Assembly (NCBI GenBank): GCA_963732805.1
Contig: CAVTAW010000001.1
Span: 406,283-470,282, forward strand
Length of the DNA: 64,000 nt
Source of the DNA: an uncultured Chloroflexia bacterium
GTDB taxonomy: Bacteria > Chloroflexota > Limnocylindria > Limnocylindrales > CSP1-4
Direction of reading: 5' to 3'
The notes beneath the pieces are model-generated. The model was not told where the DNA came from. It did not search any database and saw only the letters and a program-made list of their open reading frames with translations. Of the stretch, positions 16,483 through 27,936 are shown piece after piece (within the stretch, counting starts at the first letter, position 1; each line of letters starts with the position of its first letter). Position numbers and translations under genes: made by a program.

Positions 16483-17229
16483 ATGCCGTATGCCGATCAG
16501 TTGCTGGCAGGCGGGGAGTCGATCATCCGCCGCGAGCGGCAGCACTGGTTCTTCCCGTTCCGGGTTGCGGGCCGCTGGGTGGCCATTGCCGCGCTCGTTG
16601 CGATTCTCGGCATCATCCTGACTCAGCTCGTGTTCCGGTCGGACGGCACCGGGCTGATCGGCGGGGCGATCGACCTCCTGGACACCCTGCTCGGCTGGAT
16701 CACGATCGCCGCCCTCGTGATCGCGGTGATCGGCTTCGTCTGGTCGGTGATCGGGTGGCAGTCGCAGGAGTACGTGCTCACCGATCATCGCGTGATGCAC
16801 GTGGCGGGCGTCATCACCAAGCGAGCGTCCGACAGCTCGCTCGAGAACATCACCGACGCCCGGATCGAGATCCCGTGGCTGGGCCGGATGCTCGGCTTCG
16901 GCGACCTCACCTTCATGACGGCATCCGAGGCGGGGATCGAGAGCCTGCTGGCGCTCCGCGATCCGATCGAGTTCAAGAAGGCGCTCATGGGCGCCAAGAC
17001 GGCGCGCATGATCCAGATCAACACCGGCCGGCTGCCGACCGAACCGGCGTCACCCGCACCCGCGGCACCCGCGCCGGCGCCGGTCGCCGCGCCGGCGCCC
17101 GCCCCTGCCCGGCCGGCCGCCGATGAGATCGCCCGGACCCTCGAATCGCTTGCGGCGCTGCGCGATTCCGGAACCATCACGCCCGAGGAGTTCGACGCGA
17201 AGAAGCAGGAGCTGCTCAGTCGGATCTGA
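16483..17229 (+). CDS. Membrane protein with bacterial PH (YdbT/DUF304-like) domain and C-terminal SHOCT domain
   Basis: ATG 16483 with GGAGG 6 nt upstream. Two TM helices, then 'YVLTDHRVMHVAGVITKR'. C-terminal 'LRDSGTITPEEFDAKKQELLSRI' is a SHOCT motif. Confidence 0.75.
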   Translation: MPYADQLLAGGESIIRRERQHWFFPFRVAGRWVAIAALVAILGIILTQLVFRSDGTGLIGGAIDLLDTLLGWITIAALVIAVIGFVWSVIGWQSQEYVLTDHRVMHVAGVITKRASDSSLENITDARIEIPWLGRMLGFGDLTFMTASEAGIESLLALRDPIEFKKALMGAKTARMIQINTGRLPTEPASPAPAAPAPAPVAAPAPAPARPAADEIARTLESLAALRDSGTITPEEFDAKKQELLSRI

Positions 17230-17271
17230 CCAGCGGACTCCCGGCGCAGGTTCGCTGCGGGGAGGTCCGAC

Positions 17272-17508
17272 CTACCTGTTCTGGTCGGACATCTGGCGCT
17301 GCACCTCGCGCTCGATCATGTTCGATCGCCGCCGACGCACGAACCACCAGCCCACGACCACCGGCCAGATCAGGGCACCGACCGCGCCCAGGATGGCGGC
17401 GACGGCATAGGCCGGGATGGGATCCATGAAGTTGGTGGCGTCCCAGATCACCAGGAACCCGAATGTCACCAGTGCGCCGATCGTGACGGCGATCAACCGC
17501 TGCAGCAC
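17272..17508 (-). CDS. Small two-TM membrane protein (78 aa), convergent with the PH/SHOCT gene
   Basis: GTG start preceded by GAGGAGCGAGG. Sequence 'VLQRLIAVTIGALVTFGFLVIWDATNFMDPIPAYAVAAILGAVGALIWPVVVGWWFVRRRR...'. The rest of the 405-aa track ORF is antisense garbage. Confidence 0.4.
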   Translation of the reverse strand: MLQRLIAVTIGALVTFGFLVIWDATNFMDPIPAYAVAAILGAVGALIWPVVVGWWFVRRRRSNMIEREVQRQMSDQNR

Positions 17509-17604
17509 CCCTCGCTCCTCCGGCTTCGGATTGGCCGCTGACAACTGTACGCGGTGCGGTTGCAGGGTTGCGGTGCCCGGCGTCGCTCGCCCTACACTCG
17601 GGGC

Positions 17605-18567
17605 ATGGCCCGGAAGGTGATCCTCGACGTCGATACCGGGACGGACGATGCGGTCGCCCTCATGCTGGCGGGCCTTCACCCCGACCTCGAGCTGGTCGGT
17701 GCGACCACGGTCAACGGCAACGTCGCGGTCGAGTCGTGCACCGAGAACTCGCTGCGCGTGTTCGACCACATCGGGATCCCGGTCCCCGTATACGAGGGCG
17801 TGACGCGACCGATCGCCCGTCACGACTTCCCGGTTCCACGACAGTCCATCCGCAGCTCGGGCGCGGTCCACGGACAGTACCTTGACATTCCCGTCGCCCG
17901 CTCGGCGAAGCAGGTACCCGGTGCCGTCGAGTTCCTGGTCGAGACGTACCGTGCCGCCACGGAGCCGATCATCCTGGTGCCGGTCGGTCCGCTGTCCAAC
18001 ATCGCCACCGCGTTCACCGTCGAGCCGCGGATGAGCGACCTCGTCACCGAGATCGTGATGATGGGTGGCGCGAACCGCCATGGGAACGTGACGCCGCGGG
18101 CCGAGTTCAACGTGTGGGCCGATCCGGAGGCGGCGCACATCGTGCTCACCAGCGGCGTGCGCAAGATCACGATGGTGTCGCTGGATGCGACCCACAGGGC
18201 CCTGGTCTCGCTCGACGACTGCGCGCGACTGCGCGCGCTCGGCACGCCGGCAGGCGAGGCGGCCGCGCGGTTCACGGAGCGGCGCATCGAGGGCTACGAC
18301 AGCACCCAGCCCATGGCCCGTCCGCACGCGGCCCCGGTGCACGACGCGCTGGCCGTCGCCGCGATCGTGGACCCGGCCGTGATCTCCACGCGCCTCCTGC
18401 ACGTGGACGTGGAGACCCAGGGCCCGCTGACGGTGGGCGAGACGGTGGTGGACACGGAGCGGCGGGGAGCCGGCGAGCCCAACGTGCACTTCGCGCTCGA
18501 CGCCGACGAGGCCCGCTTCGTGGCCATCCTGCTCGAGACGTTCGCCCGGAGCCCGGCCACGGGCTGA
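17605..18567 (+). CDS. Nucleoside hydrolase (IU-NH family)
   Basis: N-terminal 'KVILDVDTGTDDAVAL' (DXDXXXDD) and a conserved C-terminal half. Confidence 0.85.
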   Translation: MARKVILDVDTGTDDAVALMLAGLHPDLELVGATTVNGNVAVESCTENSLRVFDHIGIPVPVYEGVTRPIARHDFPVPRQSIRSSGAVHGQYLDIPVARSAKQVPGAVEFLVETYRAATEPIILVPVGPLSNIATAFTVEPRMSDLVTEIVMMGGANRHGNVTPRAEFNVWADPEAAHIVLTSGVRKITMVSLDATHRALVSLDDCARLRALGTPAGEAAARFTERRIEGYDSTQPMARPHAAPVHDALAVAAIVDPAVISTRLLHVDVETQGPLTVGETVVDTERRGAGEPNVHFALDADEARFVAILLETFARSPATG

Positions 18568-18595
18568 TCGGGTCGCGGGGAACCCGGCCCCGCGC

Positions 18596-19396
18596 TCAGT
18601 CCCAGCGGAAGCGGCGCGCCGCGAGGACGGCGAGCGCGACGGCCCAGCCGGCCAGCAGGATCAGCGGCTCGGTGACGTCCCCGGTCGCGTTGCCCAGGCC
18701 GACCGCGAGCGCCTGGGTGAGGGCCGCCGCGGGCAGCACCTCGGCGACGGTCGCCACCACGCCGGGCAGCCGGTCGAGCGGCACGACGATGCCGCCCAGC
18801 ACCAGGAACACCAGGAACAGCAGGTTGGCCAGCGCGAGCGTCGCCTCGGCGCGCAGCGTGCCGGCCATCAGGAGCCCGAGGCCCGCGAACGCGACCGTGC
18901 CCAGCACGAGCGCCAGCAGGGTCAGCGGTGCGGACGCGGTGGGCCCCGCCGTCCAGGCGAGCGCCACGGTCGCGATCCCCACCAGCAGGATCAGCTGGAC
19001 GATCTCCACGACGATGACCGACGCGGTCTTGGCGGCCACCACGACGGACGACCCTGCCGGGCTGCCCCCGAGCCGCTTGATCACGCCGTACTGGCGTTCG
19101 AACCCGGTCGAGATCGCGAGCGACACCAGCGCGGCAGCGATCACCGCGAGGCTCACCGAGCCCGGCAGCAGACGGTCCACCGGACGATCCGTCGCCGAAC
19201 CGCCGGTCATGTCGAACGCGCTGAACACGAGCAGCACCCCGACGGGGATCACGAACGTGATCAGCAGCCCCTCGCCCCGCCGAAGCACGAGGCGGAACTC
19301 GTACGTGGCGAGGGCCAGGGCCATCTGGAGCCACGAGGCCGGCCGGGCCGGCACGCCGGCACCAGCGGGCAGGCGCCCGTCCCCGATGGCGGTCAT
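18596..19396 (-). CDS. ABC-2 type transporter permease
   Basis: Six-TM ABC-2 permease; ATG overlaps the ATPase stop (ATGA). Confidence 0.8.
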   Translation of the reverse strand: MTAIGDGRLPAGAGVPARPASWLQMALALATYEFRLVLRRGEGLLITFVIPVGVLLVFSAFDMTGGSATDRPVDRLLPGSVSLAVIAAALVSLAISTGFERQYGVIKRLGGSPAGSSVVVAAKTASVIVVEIVQLILLVGIATVALAWTAGPTASAPLTLLALVLGTVAFAGLGLLMAGTLRAEATLALANLLFLVFLVLGGIVVPLDRLPGVVATVAEVLPAAALTQALAVGLGNATGDVTEPLILLAGWAVALAVLAARRFRWD

Positions 19397-20406
19397 GCCG
19401 CCCCCTCTGCCTCGGCGGCGACGTCGCTGCCGACCAGCTCCAGGTAGCGTTCCTCGAGGCTTGCAGCGCCGAGACGGAGCTCGGTGAGCAGCAGCCCGTG
19501 CTCGGCGCACCAGTCGGCCAGCCCGGCGATCAGCCCGGGATCGGGAGCCGCCGCCAGGTCCACGATCTCGTAGGCCGCCCCGGCTCCCGCGACCGTGACC
19601 CGCGGTGATCCGCCGGACAGGCGACCGGCCATGCCGGCGAGGTCTGCCGCATCGCCGTCGTCGAGTGCCCGCGACAGCCGGAACCGGATCCGGGGAGCGC
19701 CGGCGCCGGTCAGCTCCGCCGGCGTGCCGAGCGCCACCAGGCGGCCCCGATCGAGCACCGCCACGCGGTCCGCGAGCCGCTCGACGTCACCCAGCTCGTG
19801 GGTCGTGAGCAGGATCGTCGTGCCGGCGGCCCGCAGTGCGGCGATCCGGTCGCGGGTCGCCTGCTTGGCGGCGGGGTCCATGCCGGCCGTCGGCTCGTCG
19901 AGCACCAGCAGCTCTGGCCGGCCGAGCAACGCGATCGCGAGCCCCAGGCGCTGGCGTTCGCCGCCGGACAGTCGCCGGTAGCGCGTGTCGGCCGCGCGCT
20001 CGAGGTCGACCGTCTCCAGCAGCCGGTCTGGATCCTCGGGGTCGCGATAGAACCGCGCGTAGAGGTGGATCGCCTCGCGCGGGGTGGTGCGGTTGTCGAT
20101 GCCGCCCTCCTGGAGCATCAGCCCGATGCGCGGTCGGAGCCGCGTGCCATCGTGGATCGGATCCAGGCCCAGCACCCGGACCGTGCCGCCGTCGACGCGT
20201 CGGTAGCCCTCCAGGATCTCGACGGTCGTCGTCTTGCCCGCGCCGTTGGGGCCCAGGAGCGAGAACAGCTCGCCCCGCCTGACGTCGAACGAGACGCCGG
20301 TCAGGATCTCCCGCCGGCCGTACGCCTTGCGGACGTCCACGGCCCGGACGGCGATCTCGCGGTCCGGGCCGGCCGGCTCGCCGGGTGTGGCCGAGGTGGG
20401 CGTCAT
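19393..20406 (-). CDS. ABC transporter ATP-binding protein (ABC-2/DrrA/NosF-like)
   Basis: Walker A 'GPNGAGKTT', signature 'LSGGERQRLGLAIAL', Walker B 'LVLDEPTAGMD'. ATG overlaps the stop of the upstream tlpA-like gene (ATGA). Confidence 0.85.
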   Translation of the reverse strand: MTPTSATPGEPAGPDREIAVRAVDVRKAYGRREILTGVSFDVRRGELFSLLGPNGAGKTTTVEILEGYRRVDGGTVRVLGLDPIHDGTRLRPRIGLMLQEGGIDNRTTPREAIHLYARFYRDPEDPDRLLETVDLERAADTRYRRLSGGERQRLGLAIALLGRPELLVLDEPTAGMDPAAKQATRDRIAALRAAGTTILLTTHELGDVERLADRVAVLDRGRLVALGTPAELTGAGAPRIRFRLSRALDDGDAADLAGMAGRLSGGSPRVTVAGAGAAYEIVDLAAAPDPGLIAGLADWCAEHGLLLTELRLGAASLEERYLELVGSDVAAEAEGAA

Positions 20407-20909
20407 GGGGCGATCTTCGCGTACTGCGTGTCGAAGTCCTGGGGTTTGACCTGGCCGATCTGCATGCCGCGCAGGATGCCCTCGCTGTCGATGAAGTAGG
20501 TCTGGGGCGGCGCCACGACGCGGTACGCCTCGGCGATCGAGTCGTCCGGGTCGGTGACCGTTGGCCAGGTGGCCCCGAACTCGTCGAGGAACTGGCGGGC
20601 GAGCTCCGCCTGGTCCTTGTACAGCACGCCCAGGATCACGAGCCCGTCGGCTGGTCCGTGCGTGGCCAGGCGATCCCGGAACAGCGGGAACTCGTCACGG
20701 CACGGCGTGCACCACGACGCCCAGAAGCTGACCACCACCGGGTGGCCTCGATACGCGGACAGGTCGACGGAGGTGCCGTCGAGCGCGATGCCGGTGATGG
20801 CCGGGGCGGGCTGGCCGGTCCGCGCTCCGCTGGAGCCGCCGCAGGCCGCGACGAGCAGCAGGATCAGCGCCAGGCCGGCGGCCGGGATTCGAAGGTCGGT
20901 CTTGTGGAT
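20403..20909 (-). CDS. TlpA/ResA-like thiol:disulfide oxidoreductase lipoprotein (thioredoxin fold); no canonical start codon found
   Basis: 'WASWCTPC' active site. The same frame upstream encodes a lipoprotein signal peptide '..HKTDLRIPAAGLALILLLVAACGGSSG', but no ATG/GTG/TTG lies between the upstream in-frame TGA and the lipobox. The only plausible initiator is ATC at 20909. Confidence 0.6.
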   Translation of the reverse strand: MHKTDLRIPAAGLALILLLVAACGGSSGARTGQPAPAITGIALDGTSVDLSAYRGHPVVVSFWASWCTPCRDEFPLFRDRLATHGPADGLVILGVLYKDQAELARQFLDEFGATWPTVTDPDDSIAEAYRVVAPPQTYFIDSEGILRGMQIGQVKPQDFDTQYAKIAP

Positions 20910-20919
20910 GGTGGTGTGC

Positions 20920-22047
20920 CTACTGCGCGGTGACGGTTCCCGTCATGTTCGGGTGAACCGAGCACACGAAGGTGTACTGGCCGGCGGGGAGTGCCGGCAC
21001 ATCGTAGACCACGACCTTCGGTCCCGTGATGATCTCGCCCTTGAACAGCTCCTTCCCCGACGCGTCCTTGATCGCCACGTTGTGGGGCGTCCCGGGGTCC
21101 CGGTTGTCGAACGCCATGGTGAACGGTGTGCCCGCCGGCACGGTGATCGAGCTCTCGAGGTAGGTGATGTTCTGGGCGCTGACGCTGACGTCGGCCGCGG
21201 GTAGGCTGGCCGCCGGGGTGGCACCGCCGTCCGCACCGCCGCCGGACGCGCCTCCACCGGCGGGAGCCCCGCTGGCCGTTGCCGAGCCGCCGCCCGAGTT
21301 GGGCAGGATCCCGGAGCTCAGCAGCAGGGCGCTCGCGATGATCACGGCCAGCACGGCGAACGTGGTCACGGGCCACGAGGGGGCACCACCCAGGTCCAGG
21401 TGGCCGGTGCGGTCCGAGGCCTCGACCGCCACGTACTCGCGTCGCGCGTCGCGCAGCCAGCCGAGCAGGGTGAGGACGAGCGCGATCGCCCCCAGGGCCA
21501 TCGCCCATCCACCGACCACCATGCCGGCCACGAGCAATGTCATCGACACCGCGACCAGGATCGGCCGGAACGACGGCGGCGGGATGTGGACCCCTTCGGG
21601 CGGTGTCCCCATCGGCGCCGGGAGCGCGCCCGGCGACAGGGCGGCGACGGCGCCGCCCGTGACCGACTCGGTCATCGGGATGTGGTCGTAGTCGCGCAGC
21701 GCCTCGCGACCCCAGTACAGCAGCGTGACGATCAGCGTCAGCACGCCGACCAGGAGCCATGGGCCGCGATTGACCAGGCCGAACGCGAGCATGAACACGC
21801 CGAACGCGCCGAGGATCGGCGCGAACGACGGGCCGGGCATGTGGGTGCCGGACGGCGCCACGGGGGGCAGGCGGCGCTTCCCTCGCCGCGTCGGGCCCGC
21901 TGTGGCGAACCGGTAGATGGTCCAGGTCAGGTACAGGAAGACGAGGACCGCGAGCAGGATCGGGATCAGGTCGATCAGCGCGCCCCAATCGGGGATGACC
22001 AGCTTCGAGCTGAGCTCGATGAAGCTGTTCCAGAGGTCCTCGATCAT
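20920..22047 (-). CDS. Polytopic membrane protein with C-terminal type-1 copper (cupredoxin) domain
   Basis: N-terminal region has three related TM-hairpin modules ('P.F.PIL.A....'). C-terminus 'GTPHNVAIKDASGKELFKGEI...YTFVCSVHPNMTGTVTAQ' carries H...C..H..M copper ligands. Confidence 0.7.
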   Translation of the reverse strand: MIEDLWNSFIELSSKLVIPDWGALIDLIPILLAVLVFLYLTWTIYRFATAGPTRRGKRRLPPVAPSGTHMPGPSFAPILGAFGVFMLAFGLVNRGPWLLVGVLTLIVTLLYWGREALRDYDHIPMTESVTGGAVAALSPGALPAPMGTPPEGVHIPPPSFRPILVAVSMTLLVAGMVVGGWAMALGAIALVLTLLGWLRDARREYVAVEASDRTGHLDLGGAPSWPVTTFAVLAVIIASALLLSSGILPNSGGGSATASGAPAGGGASGGGADGGATPAASLPAADVSVSAQNITYLESSITVPAGTPFTMAFDNRDPGTPHNVAIKDASGKELFKGEIITGPKVVVYDVPALPAGQYTFVCSVHPNMTGTVTAQ

Positions 22048-22057
22048 CTGCCGCCCG

Positions 22058-22243
22058 TCAGCTGTGGCGCAGCCCGGCGAACAGGACGTAGGCCATGATC
22101 GACATGGCCGCGCCCAGCGCGATCAGGAGCACGAACCCTGCGTAGTCGACCTTGGTCGAGTCCACCGCCGCGGAGAAGGCGAGGTAGAACGCAGCGATCC
22201 CGACGAACAGGAGGCCGACGAGCGCGGCGCGGCGGGGGTTCAT
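22058..22243 (-). CDS. Small two-TM protein, cytochrome c oxidase subunit IV-like
   Basis: 61 aa, entirely hydrophobic, lying between coxC and the cupredoxin membrane protein. Assignment is by position only. Confidence 0.45.
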   Translation of the reverse strand: MNPRRAALVGLLFVGIAAFYLAFSAAVDSTKVDYAGFVLLIALGAAMSIMAYVLFAGLRHS

Positions 22244-22265
22244 GACGGTCGTCCCTTCTCCGGCG

Positions 22266-22940
22266 CTACAGCAGGTACAGGATCGAGAACAGCAGGATCC
22301 AGACCACGTCCACGAAGTGCCAGTACAGCGACATCGCCTCGACCATGTCGTGGTGCCGGGCCGAGAACTGGCCCGCCATGCCGCGGTACACCACGACCGC
22401 CAGCATCAGCACCCCGCCGAACACGTGGGCGCCATGGAAGCCGGTGAGCGTGAAGTACGTCGTGCCGAAGGTCGTGGACCCCATGGTCAGTCCCTCGTGC
22501 ATCAGGACGCTGTAGTCGAAGGCCTGGATCAGCAGGAACGTCACGCCCAGGACCAGCGTCGCCGAGATGTTGCGCACAAAGCCACGGTGATCGTCACGCC
22601 GGATCGCCCAGACGCCCATCTGGCAGGTGAAGGACGAGATCACGAGGATGATCGTCGCGGGCAGGATCAGGTTGAGCGCGCCGGACTCGGTGGTCAGCGT
22701 GAACGGGTTGAGCAGGTGCGCGAACTCCGAGGGCGGCCACACGTGCTGCGACGCGCCGTTGATCACCTCGGTGTAGCCGGCGCGGATGCTGAAGTACGCC
22801 GCGAACAGGCCGGCGAAGAACATCACCTCGGAGGTGATGAACAGGAGCATCCCCAGGACCGGGTTGCCGATCCCGCCGCTGCCGTGAGCCTCCACCGCGG
22901 CGTGGTCCCGGGGGGCGAGGGTCGTCGTGTCAGCCGTCAT
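22266..22940 (-). CDS. ctaE: Cytochrome c oxidase subunit III
   Basis: 'GMLLFITSEVMFFAGLFAAYF', 'YWHFVDVVWILLF'. Confidence 0.9.
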   Translation of the reverse strand: MTADTTTLAPRDHAAVEAHGSGGIGNPVLGMLLFITSEVMFFAGLFAAYFSIRAGYTEVINGASQHVWPPSEFAHLLNPFTLTTESGALNLILPATIILVISSFTCQMGVWAIRRDDHRGFVRNISATLVLGVTFLLIQAFDYSVLMHEGLTMGSTTFGTTYFTLTGFHGAHVFGGVLMLAVVVYRGMAGQFSARHHDMVEAMSLYWHFVDVVWILLFSILYLL

Positions 22941-22953
22941 CGTCCCGCCTCCC

Positions 22954-24576
<1,623 letters not shown>

Positions 24577-24591
24577 TCCCTGCGGGCTCCC

Positions 24592-25719
24592 TTACTGCAC
24601 CGTGATCGTGCCGGTCATGTTCGGATGGACCGTGCAGGCGAACGTGTAGGTGCCCGCCGCGAGCGCGGGCACGCTGTAGTTCGTCTCGGCCGGTCCGGTG
24701 ATGATGTCGCCCTTGAACACCTGCTTGCCACCGGCGTCGGTGATCGCCACGTCATGCGGCACGCTCGGGTCGTCGTTCTTGAAGTGGATCGTGAATGGCG
24801 TGTCGGCGGGTGCCTGGAGCGTCGACGTCGAGAAGGCGATGTTCTGCGCGCCGAGCTCCAGCACCGGGCCCTGGGCTGCCCCGGACGGTGCGGGCGTGGG
24901 CGTCGCGCTCGCCTTGGCCACCTGGTCCGCGAACCAGGTATCGAAGGTCGCCTTGTCCACCGCGTGGACGTCGAACACCATCGAGCCGTGGAACGGGCCA
25001 CACAGCTCGGCGCACTGTCCCCGGTACGTCCCGGCCTCGTCGACCGTGAAGTCGAAGGTGTTGACCTTGCCCGGGACCGCGTCCCGCTTGAACAGGAACT
25101 TGGGGACGTAGAACGCGTGGATCACGTCCTCGGCCCGCAGGTCCACCTGGATCGGCTCGCCGACCGGCAGGAACAGCCCGCCGTCGTCACCCACGGGCAG
25201 CGACTGCGTGAACAGCACCGGCGCGTCCGCGGCTGGTCCGTCGAGGTACTGGAACTGCCACTGGAACCGGGCGGCCACGGCGCGGACGTGGATGTCGGAC
25301 ACGGACTTCGCCTCGACCGTGTTGAGCGTCTGCCAGGACATCAGGAACAGGAAGGCCACGATCGCCGTCGGGATGACGGTCCAGATGATCTCGACCACGT
25401 TGTTGCCGTGGATCTGCGGCGGCAGCTCGTCGTCGCCCGGCTTGCGCCGGTAGCGGAACGCCGAGTACACGATCAGCCCTTCGACCAGGAAGAAGATCAC
25501 GACCGCGATGTAGAACACGATGTCGTACAGGGACTTCGTGCTGTGGGACCGGTCCGTGACCGGCGTTGCCCCGCCGACCGGGAAGAAGCTGTCCCAGGCG
25601 CGCTGGGGCGTGATCCCGGCGGCGAGCAGCACGATCACCGCAACGGCGGCGACCACGACGATGATCAGGCCTGCGAGCAGCGGGCCGGACCCGGTCCGTG
25701 ACCGGGAGGGCATCGACAT
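24592..25719 (-). CDS. ctaC: Cytochrome c oxidase subunit II fused to a C-terminal type-1 copper cupredoxin domain
   Basis: CuA region 'HAFYVPKF...CAELCGPFHGSM'. An extra ~115-aa domain follows, ending 'VPHDVAI...GTYTFACTVHPNMTGTITVQ' (H, C, H, M ligands). Start at ATG 25719 (AGGAA upstream); the upstream 85 aa of the track ORF rejected. Confidence 0.85.
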   Translation of the reverse strand: MSMPSRSRTGSGPLLAGLIIVVVAAVAVIVLLAAGITPQRAWDSFFPVGGATPVTDRSHSTKSLYDIVFYIAVVIFFLVEGLIVYSAFRYRRKPGDDELPPQIHGNNVVEIIWTVIPTAIVAFLFLMSWQTLNTVEAKSVSDIHVRAVAARFQWQFQYLDGPAADAPVLFTQSLPVGDDGGLFLPVGEPIQVDLRAEDVIHAFYVPKFLFKRDAVPGKVNTFDFTVDEAGTYRGQCAELCGPFHGSMVFDVHAVDKATFDTWFADQVAKASATPTPAPSGAAQGPVLELGAQNIAFSTSTLQAPADTPFTIHFKNDDPSVPHDVAITDAGGKQVFKGDIITGPAETNYSVPALAAGTYTFACTVHPNMTGTITVQ

Positions 25720-25882
25720 TGGGTTCCTCGACGGTTGTCGACCCGGCCGCATCGACGGCCGCATCAGCACTGAGGTGTCGCCGTCCGGGGGACACGCACC
25801 GCCTCGCGGGGGGCGCCGGACCCGCGCATCATAGCGAACAATCCGTGTCGCGGGGGCCGAACGGTCCATCTGGTGGTGCCAA

Positions 25883-26962
25883 ATGGCCCGTCGGGCTCCG
25901 TCTGCCGAAACGGGTGACAATGCGGAGGTGAACATCGCGCTCCGCCGCGCTGCCACGGGCGGGATCGCCGGCACGCTGCTGCTCGCCCTCGCGCCGACCG
26001 CCCTGGCTCACGGTGGGTCGGTGCCGCCCGAACCCGACGCGCTCACCTTCCTGCTCGGCTGGAGCTTCGACCCCCTGGTCTGGCTGCCGGCCATCGTCGC
26101 CCTGCTGGTGTGGCGGGCGGGGGTGCTCAAGGTCAACCGCGAGCACCCGTCCCACCCGGTGGCGCCCCGCCGGACCTGGTACTGGGTGGCCGGCGTGTTC
26201 ACGGTCGTGTTCGCGCTCGACTCCGGCTTCGCCCAGTACGACACCACGCTGTTCTCGCTGCACATGGTCCAGCATCTGCTGTTGACCCTGGTCGCGCCGC
26301 CGCTCCTGCTCCTGGCCGGCCCGATCACGCTGCTGCTCCAGGCGTCGTCGGCGGACACGCGCCGCCGCTGGATCCTGCCCGTCCTCCACGCCCGGATCGT
26401 CCGCGCGATCTCGTTCCCGGTCATCGCCTGGCTGCTGTTCGCCGCGGTGATGTGGGGCAGCCACTTCTCCCCGCTGTTCGACCTCGCCCTCGAGAACGAG
26501 TGGGTGCATCGCCTGGAGCACGCGCTGTACCTGGTGTCCGCGCTGCTGTTCTGGTGGCCGGCCGTGGGGCCGGATCCCTCGCCCTGGAAGCTCAAGCCGG
26601 CGGCACGGATCATGTACACGGGCCTCCAGATGCCCCAGAACACGTTCCTCGCCGTGGCCGTGTACATGGCCTCGGCGCCGCTGTATCACCACTACGCCAC
26701 CACGATCCGGACCTGGGGGCCGACGCCGCTCGAGGACCAGCAGATGGCCGGCGGGATCATGTGGATCGGCGGCGACTTCGTGTTCCTGGCCGTGCTGCTG
26801 CTGCTGGTCTGGCTGTGGATGCAGGACGACGAGCGGCGGGCGGTGGGCGAGGATCGGCGCCTGGAGGCCGAGCGCGCGGCGATCAGGGAGCGCGAGGTGG
26901 TCCTGGCCGCGCGCCGCGCGGCGGAGGATCAGGCCTCCGGCGGGATCGGCGCCTCCAGGTAG
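25883..26962 (+). CDS. ctaG: Cytochrome oxidase assembly factor, CtaG (caa3-type)/CopD-like membrane protein
   Basis: Divergent from the cox operon. N-terminal signal-like segment then 7 TM helices with conserved His ('HMVQHLLLTL', 'VHRLEHALYL'). Alternative GTG start at 25928. Confidence 0.65.
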   Translation: MARRAPSAETGDNAEVNIALRRAATGGIAGTLLLALAPTALAHGGSVPPEPDALTFLLGWSFDPLVWLPAIVALLVWRAGVLKVNREHPSHPVAPRRTWYWVAGVFTVVFALDSGFAQYDTTLFSLHMVQHLLLTLVAPPLLLLAGPITLLLQASSADTRRRWILPVLHARIVRAISFPVIAWLLFAAVMWGSHFSPLFDLALENEWVHRLEHALYLVSALLFWWPAVGPDPSPWKLKPAARIMYTGLQMPQNTFLAVAVYMASAPLYHHYATTIRTWGPTPLEDQQMAGGIMWIGGDFVFLAVLLLLVWLWMQDDERRAVGEDRRLEAERAAIREREVVLAARRAAEDQASGGIGASR

Positions 26963-27936
26963 CCGAGGTACCGGTCCGGGTCCACGTTGCCGCCGGACAC
27001 GACGCCCACGATCGGGCCATCGAGGTCCGCGATCCCGGCCTCGTGCGCGTGGAAGCGCATCGCGGCGATCGGCAGCCCGCCCGACGGCTCGACCACCAGC
27101 CGGGCCTCCTCCGCGGCCAGGCGGACGGCGGCGGCAATCTCCAGCTCCGACACGGCGATCACCGCGTCGAGCTGGGCGTGGAGGTGCGCGAAATTCAGCC
27201 GTCCGAGCGACTGCGTCCGGGTGCCGTCGGCGATCGTCCGGCTCACCAGCTCGGCCGGCCAGGCGACGATCCGGCCCGTCGCGAGGGACTCCCGGGCATC
27301 GGCCGCGAGCTCCGGCTCGACCCCGATGAGCCTGGCGCTCGGCACCAGGGCGGTCAGGGCCGCCGTCACGCCGGCCGCCAGGCCGCCGCCGCCGATCGGA
27401 ACCAGGACCGCGGCGACGTCCGGCAGGTCCTCCGCGATCTCGAGGCCGACCGTGCCCTGGCCGGCCACGATCCGGGGGTCGTCGTAGGGCGGGATGATCG
27501 CGAGCCCGCGGGCGGCCGCGATCTCCTCGGCCACCTGGCGTCGTTCGTCGGACGCCGTGCCCACGACCACGATCTGGGCGCCGTCCGCCTCCACCCGGGC
27601 CCGCTTGATGGCGGGTGCGTCCGAGGGCATCACGATCACGGCGGGGACGCCGAACAGCCGCGCGGCGCGAGCGACACCCTGGGCGTGGTTGCCTGACGAG
27701 TACGTGATCAGCCCGCGTGCCCGGACCTCGGGCGCCAGTGACGCGGCCGCGTTGTACGCCCCGCGGAGCTTGAACGCCCCGATCGGCTGGAGCGATTCGG
27801 CCTTGAGCCAGTGGCGGCGCTCGGGGCGCCCGAACGGGACCAGGGGCGTTCGCACGGCGACACCGCGCAGGATGTCCGCCGCCGCGCGGATGGCGGGCAG
27901 CTCGACGAGGGCGGGTTCGGGACGCGCGTCCGTCAT
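26929..27936 (-). CDS. Threonine/serine dehydratase (PLP-dependent, PALP family)
   Basis: 'HWLKAESLQPIGAFKLRGA' with PLP lysine, and 'SSGNHAQG'. ATG overlaps the upstream stop (ATGA). Confidence 0.8.
   Translation of the reverse strand: MTDARPEPALVELPAIRAAADILRGVAVRTPLVPFGRPERRHWLKAESLQPIGAFKLRGAYNAAASLAPEVRARGLITYSSGNHAQGVARAARLFGVPAVIVMPSDAPAIKRARVEADGAQIVVVGTASDERRQVAEEIAAARGLAIIPPYDDPRIVAGQGTVGLEIAEDLPDVAAVLVPIGGGGLAAGVTAALTALVPSARLIGVEPELAADARESLATGRIVAWPAELVSRTIADGTRTQSLGRLNFAHLHAQLDAVIAVSELEIAAAVRLAAEEARLVVEPSGGLPIAAMRFHAHEAGIADLDGPIVGVVSGGNVDPDRYLGYLEAPIPPEA

Noticed and set aside
18568-18595. Hairpin between convergent nucleoside hydrolase and ABC permease as a bidirectional terminator
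   Set aside because: Only a 6-bp GCGGGG/CCCCGC stem in a 28-bp gap with no U tract. Too weak to call.
20864-21988. 374-aa minus ORF and 21164..22447 plus ORFs across the cupredoxin membrane protein gene
   Set aside because: Alternative frames of the same DNA. Only the 20920..22047 frame gives TM helices plus a copper-site motif.
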